From contig JAUIIR010000010.1 of assembly GCA_030431485.1 (NCBI GenBank), positions 331 through 64,330 on the forward strand: 64,000 nt of DNA, written 5' to 3'. Position 1 is the stretch's first letter. Each line of letters starts with the position of its first letter. Both the position numbers and the translations under genes were made by a program. The notes under the pieces were generated by a model, which saw nothing but the letters and a program-made list of their open reading frames with translations, was not told the origin of the DNA and searched no databases. Shown here one piece after another: positions 63,971 through 64,000 of the stretch. This DNA is from Alphaproteobacteria bacterium (GTDB lineage: Bacteria; Pseudomonadota; Alphaproteobacteria; Rhodobacterales; Rhodobacteraceae).

Positions 63971-64000
63971 ATGCAGATCAACCGACGCCTTTTCGGGCTG
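63971..64000 (+). CDS. 5' end of a truncated CDS (possible Tat-type signal start)
   Basis: GAGGTGAG SD, then ATG at 63971 encoding MQINRRLFGL. Only 10 codons lie inside the window. Confidence 0.3.
   Translation, partial: MQINRRLFGL

Noticed and set aside
1-64000. A window-wide look for tRNA, rRNA, tmRNA, CRISPR arrays, prophage genes and known defence-system hallmarks.
   Set aside because: No T-loop or anticodon-arm-like structures occur in the intergenic regions. There are no repeat-spacer arrays. No genes show nuclease, helicase or methyltransferase defence-type architectures. All intergenic regions longer than 150 nt are accounted for by promoters, the two riboswitches or the leaders described.

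Overview
This is a 64-kb, high-GC (about 60% by eye) chromosomal segment. It looks alphaproteobacterial, most likely from the Rhodobacterales/Roseobacter group. Supporting gene order: irr-fabA-fabB-fabI, miaB-phoH-ybeY-corC-lnt-metK and trmB-cmk-rpsA, plus TRAP transporters, a Hint_2-type protein and a SAM/SAH-type metK leader. I support about 61 protein-coding genes, two riboswitches, three candidate intrinsic terminators and one low-complexity repeat. I found no rRNA, tRNA, CRISPR array, transposase or integrase.

Gene content, in order:
- Two AraC-type regulators.
- A LivFGMHK-like amino-acid ABC operon.
- A histidine kinase / OmpR-type regulator pair, divergent from a CUT1 sugar ABC operon.
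- A 15-kb bidirectional catabolic supercluster. One arm is 4-OT/NTF2 fusion, HyuB, HyuA, isochorismatase-like, ICL/PEP-mutase-like, FAD flavoprotein, GcdH and CoA-transferase. The other arm is GntR, LeuCD-like and a TRAP transporter.
- A complete Anbu operon: circularly permuted ATP-grasp, alpha-E, transglutaminase and the proteasome-like Anbu protease.
- A sugar kinase / aldolase pair.
- A cobalamin riboswitch whose only cargo is a 100-aa unknown ORF.
- A leaderless 1206-aa multidomain protein with a Pro/Thr linker and DUF4214-like repeats.
- A DddL-like cupin gene wedged between fabA and fabB.
- A LOV-domain histidine kinase.
- A Hint/bacterial-intein-like gene wedged between cmk and rpsA.
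- A BKACE / TIM-barrel / membrane desaturase trio.

The best candidates for undescribed biology are the orphan B12-riboswitch ORF, the Anbu operon, the lactamase-to-glutaryl-CoA supercluster and the giant leaderless protein.

All family calls come from motif recognition by eye. No database search was run. Many long ORFs in the supplied track are antisense shadow ORFs or 5' over-extensions, and I corrected starts where the sequence supports it.
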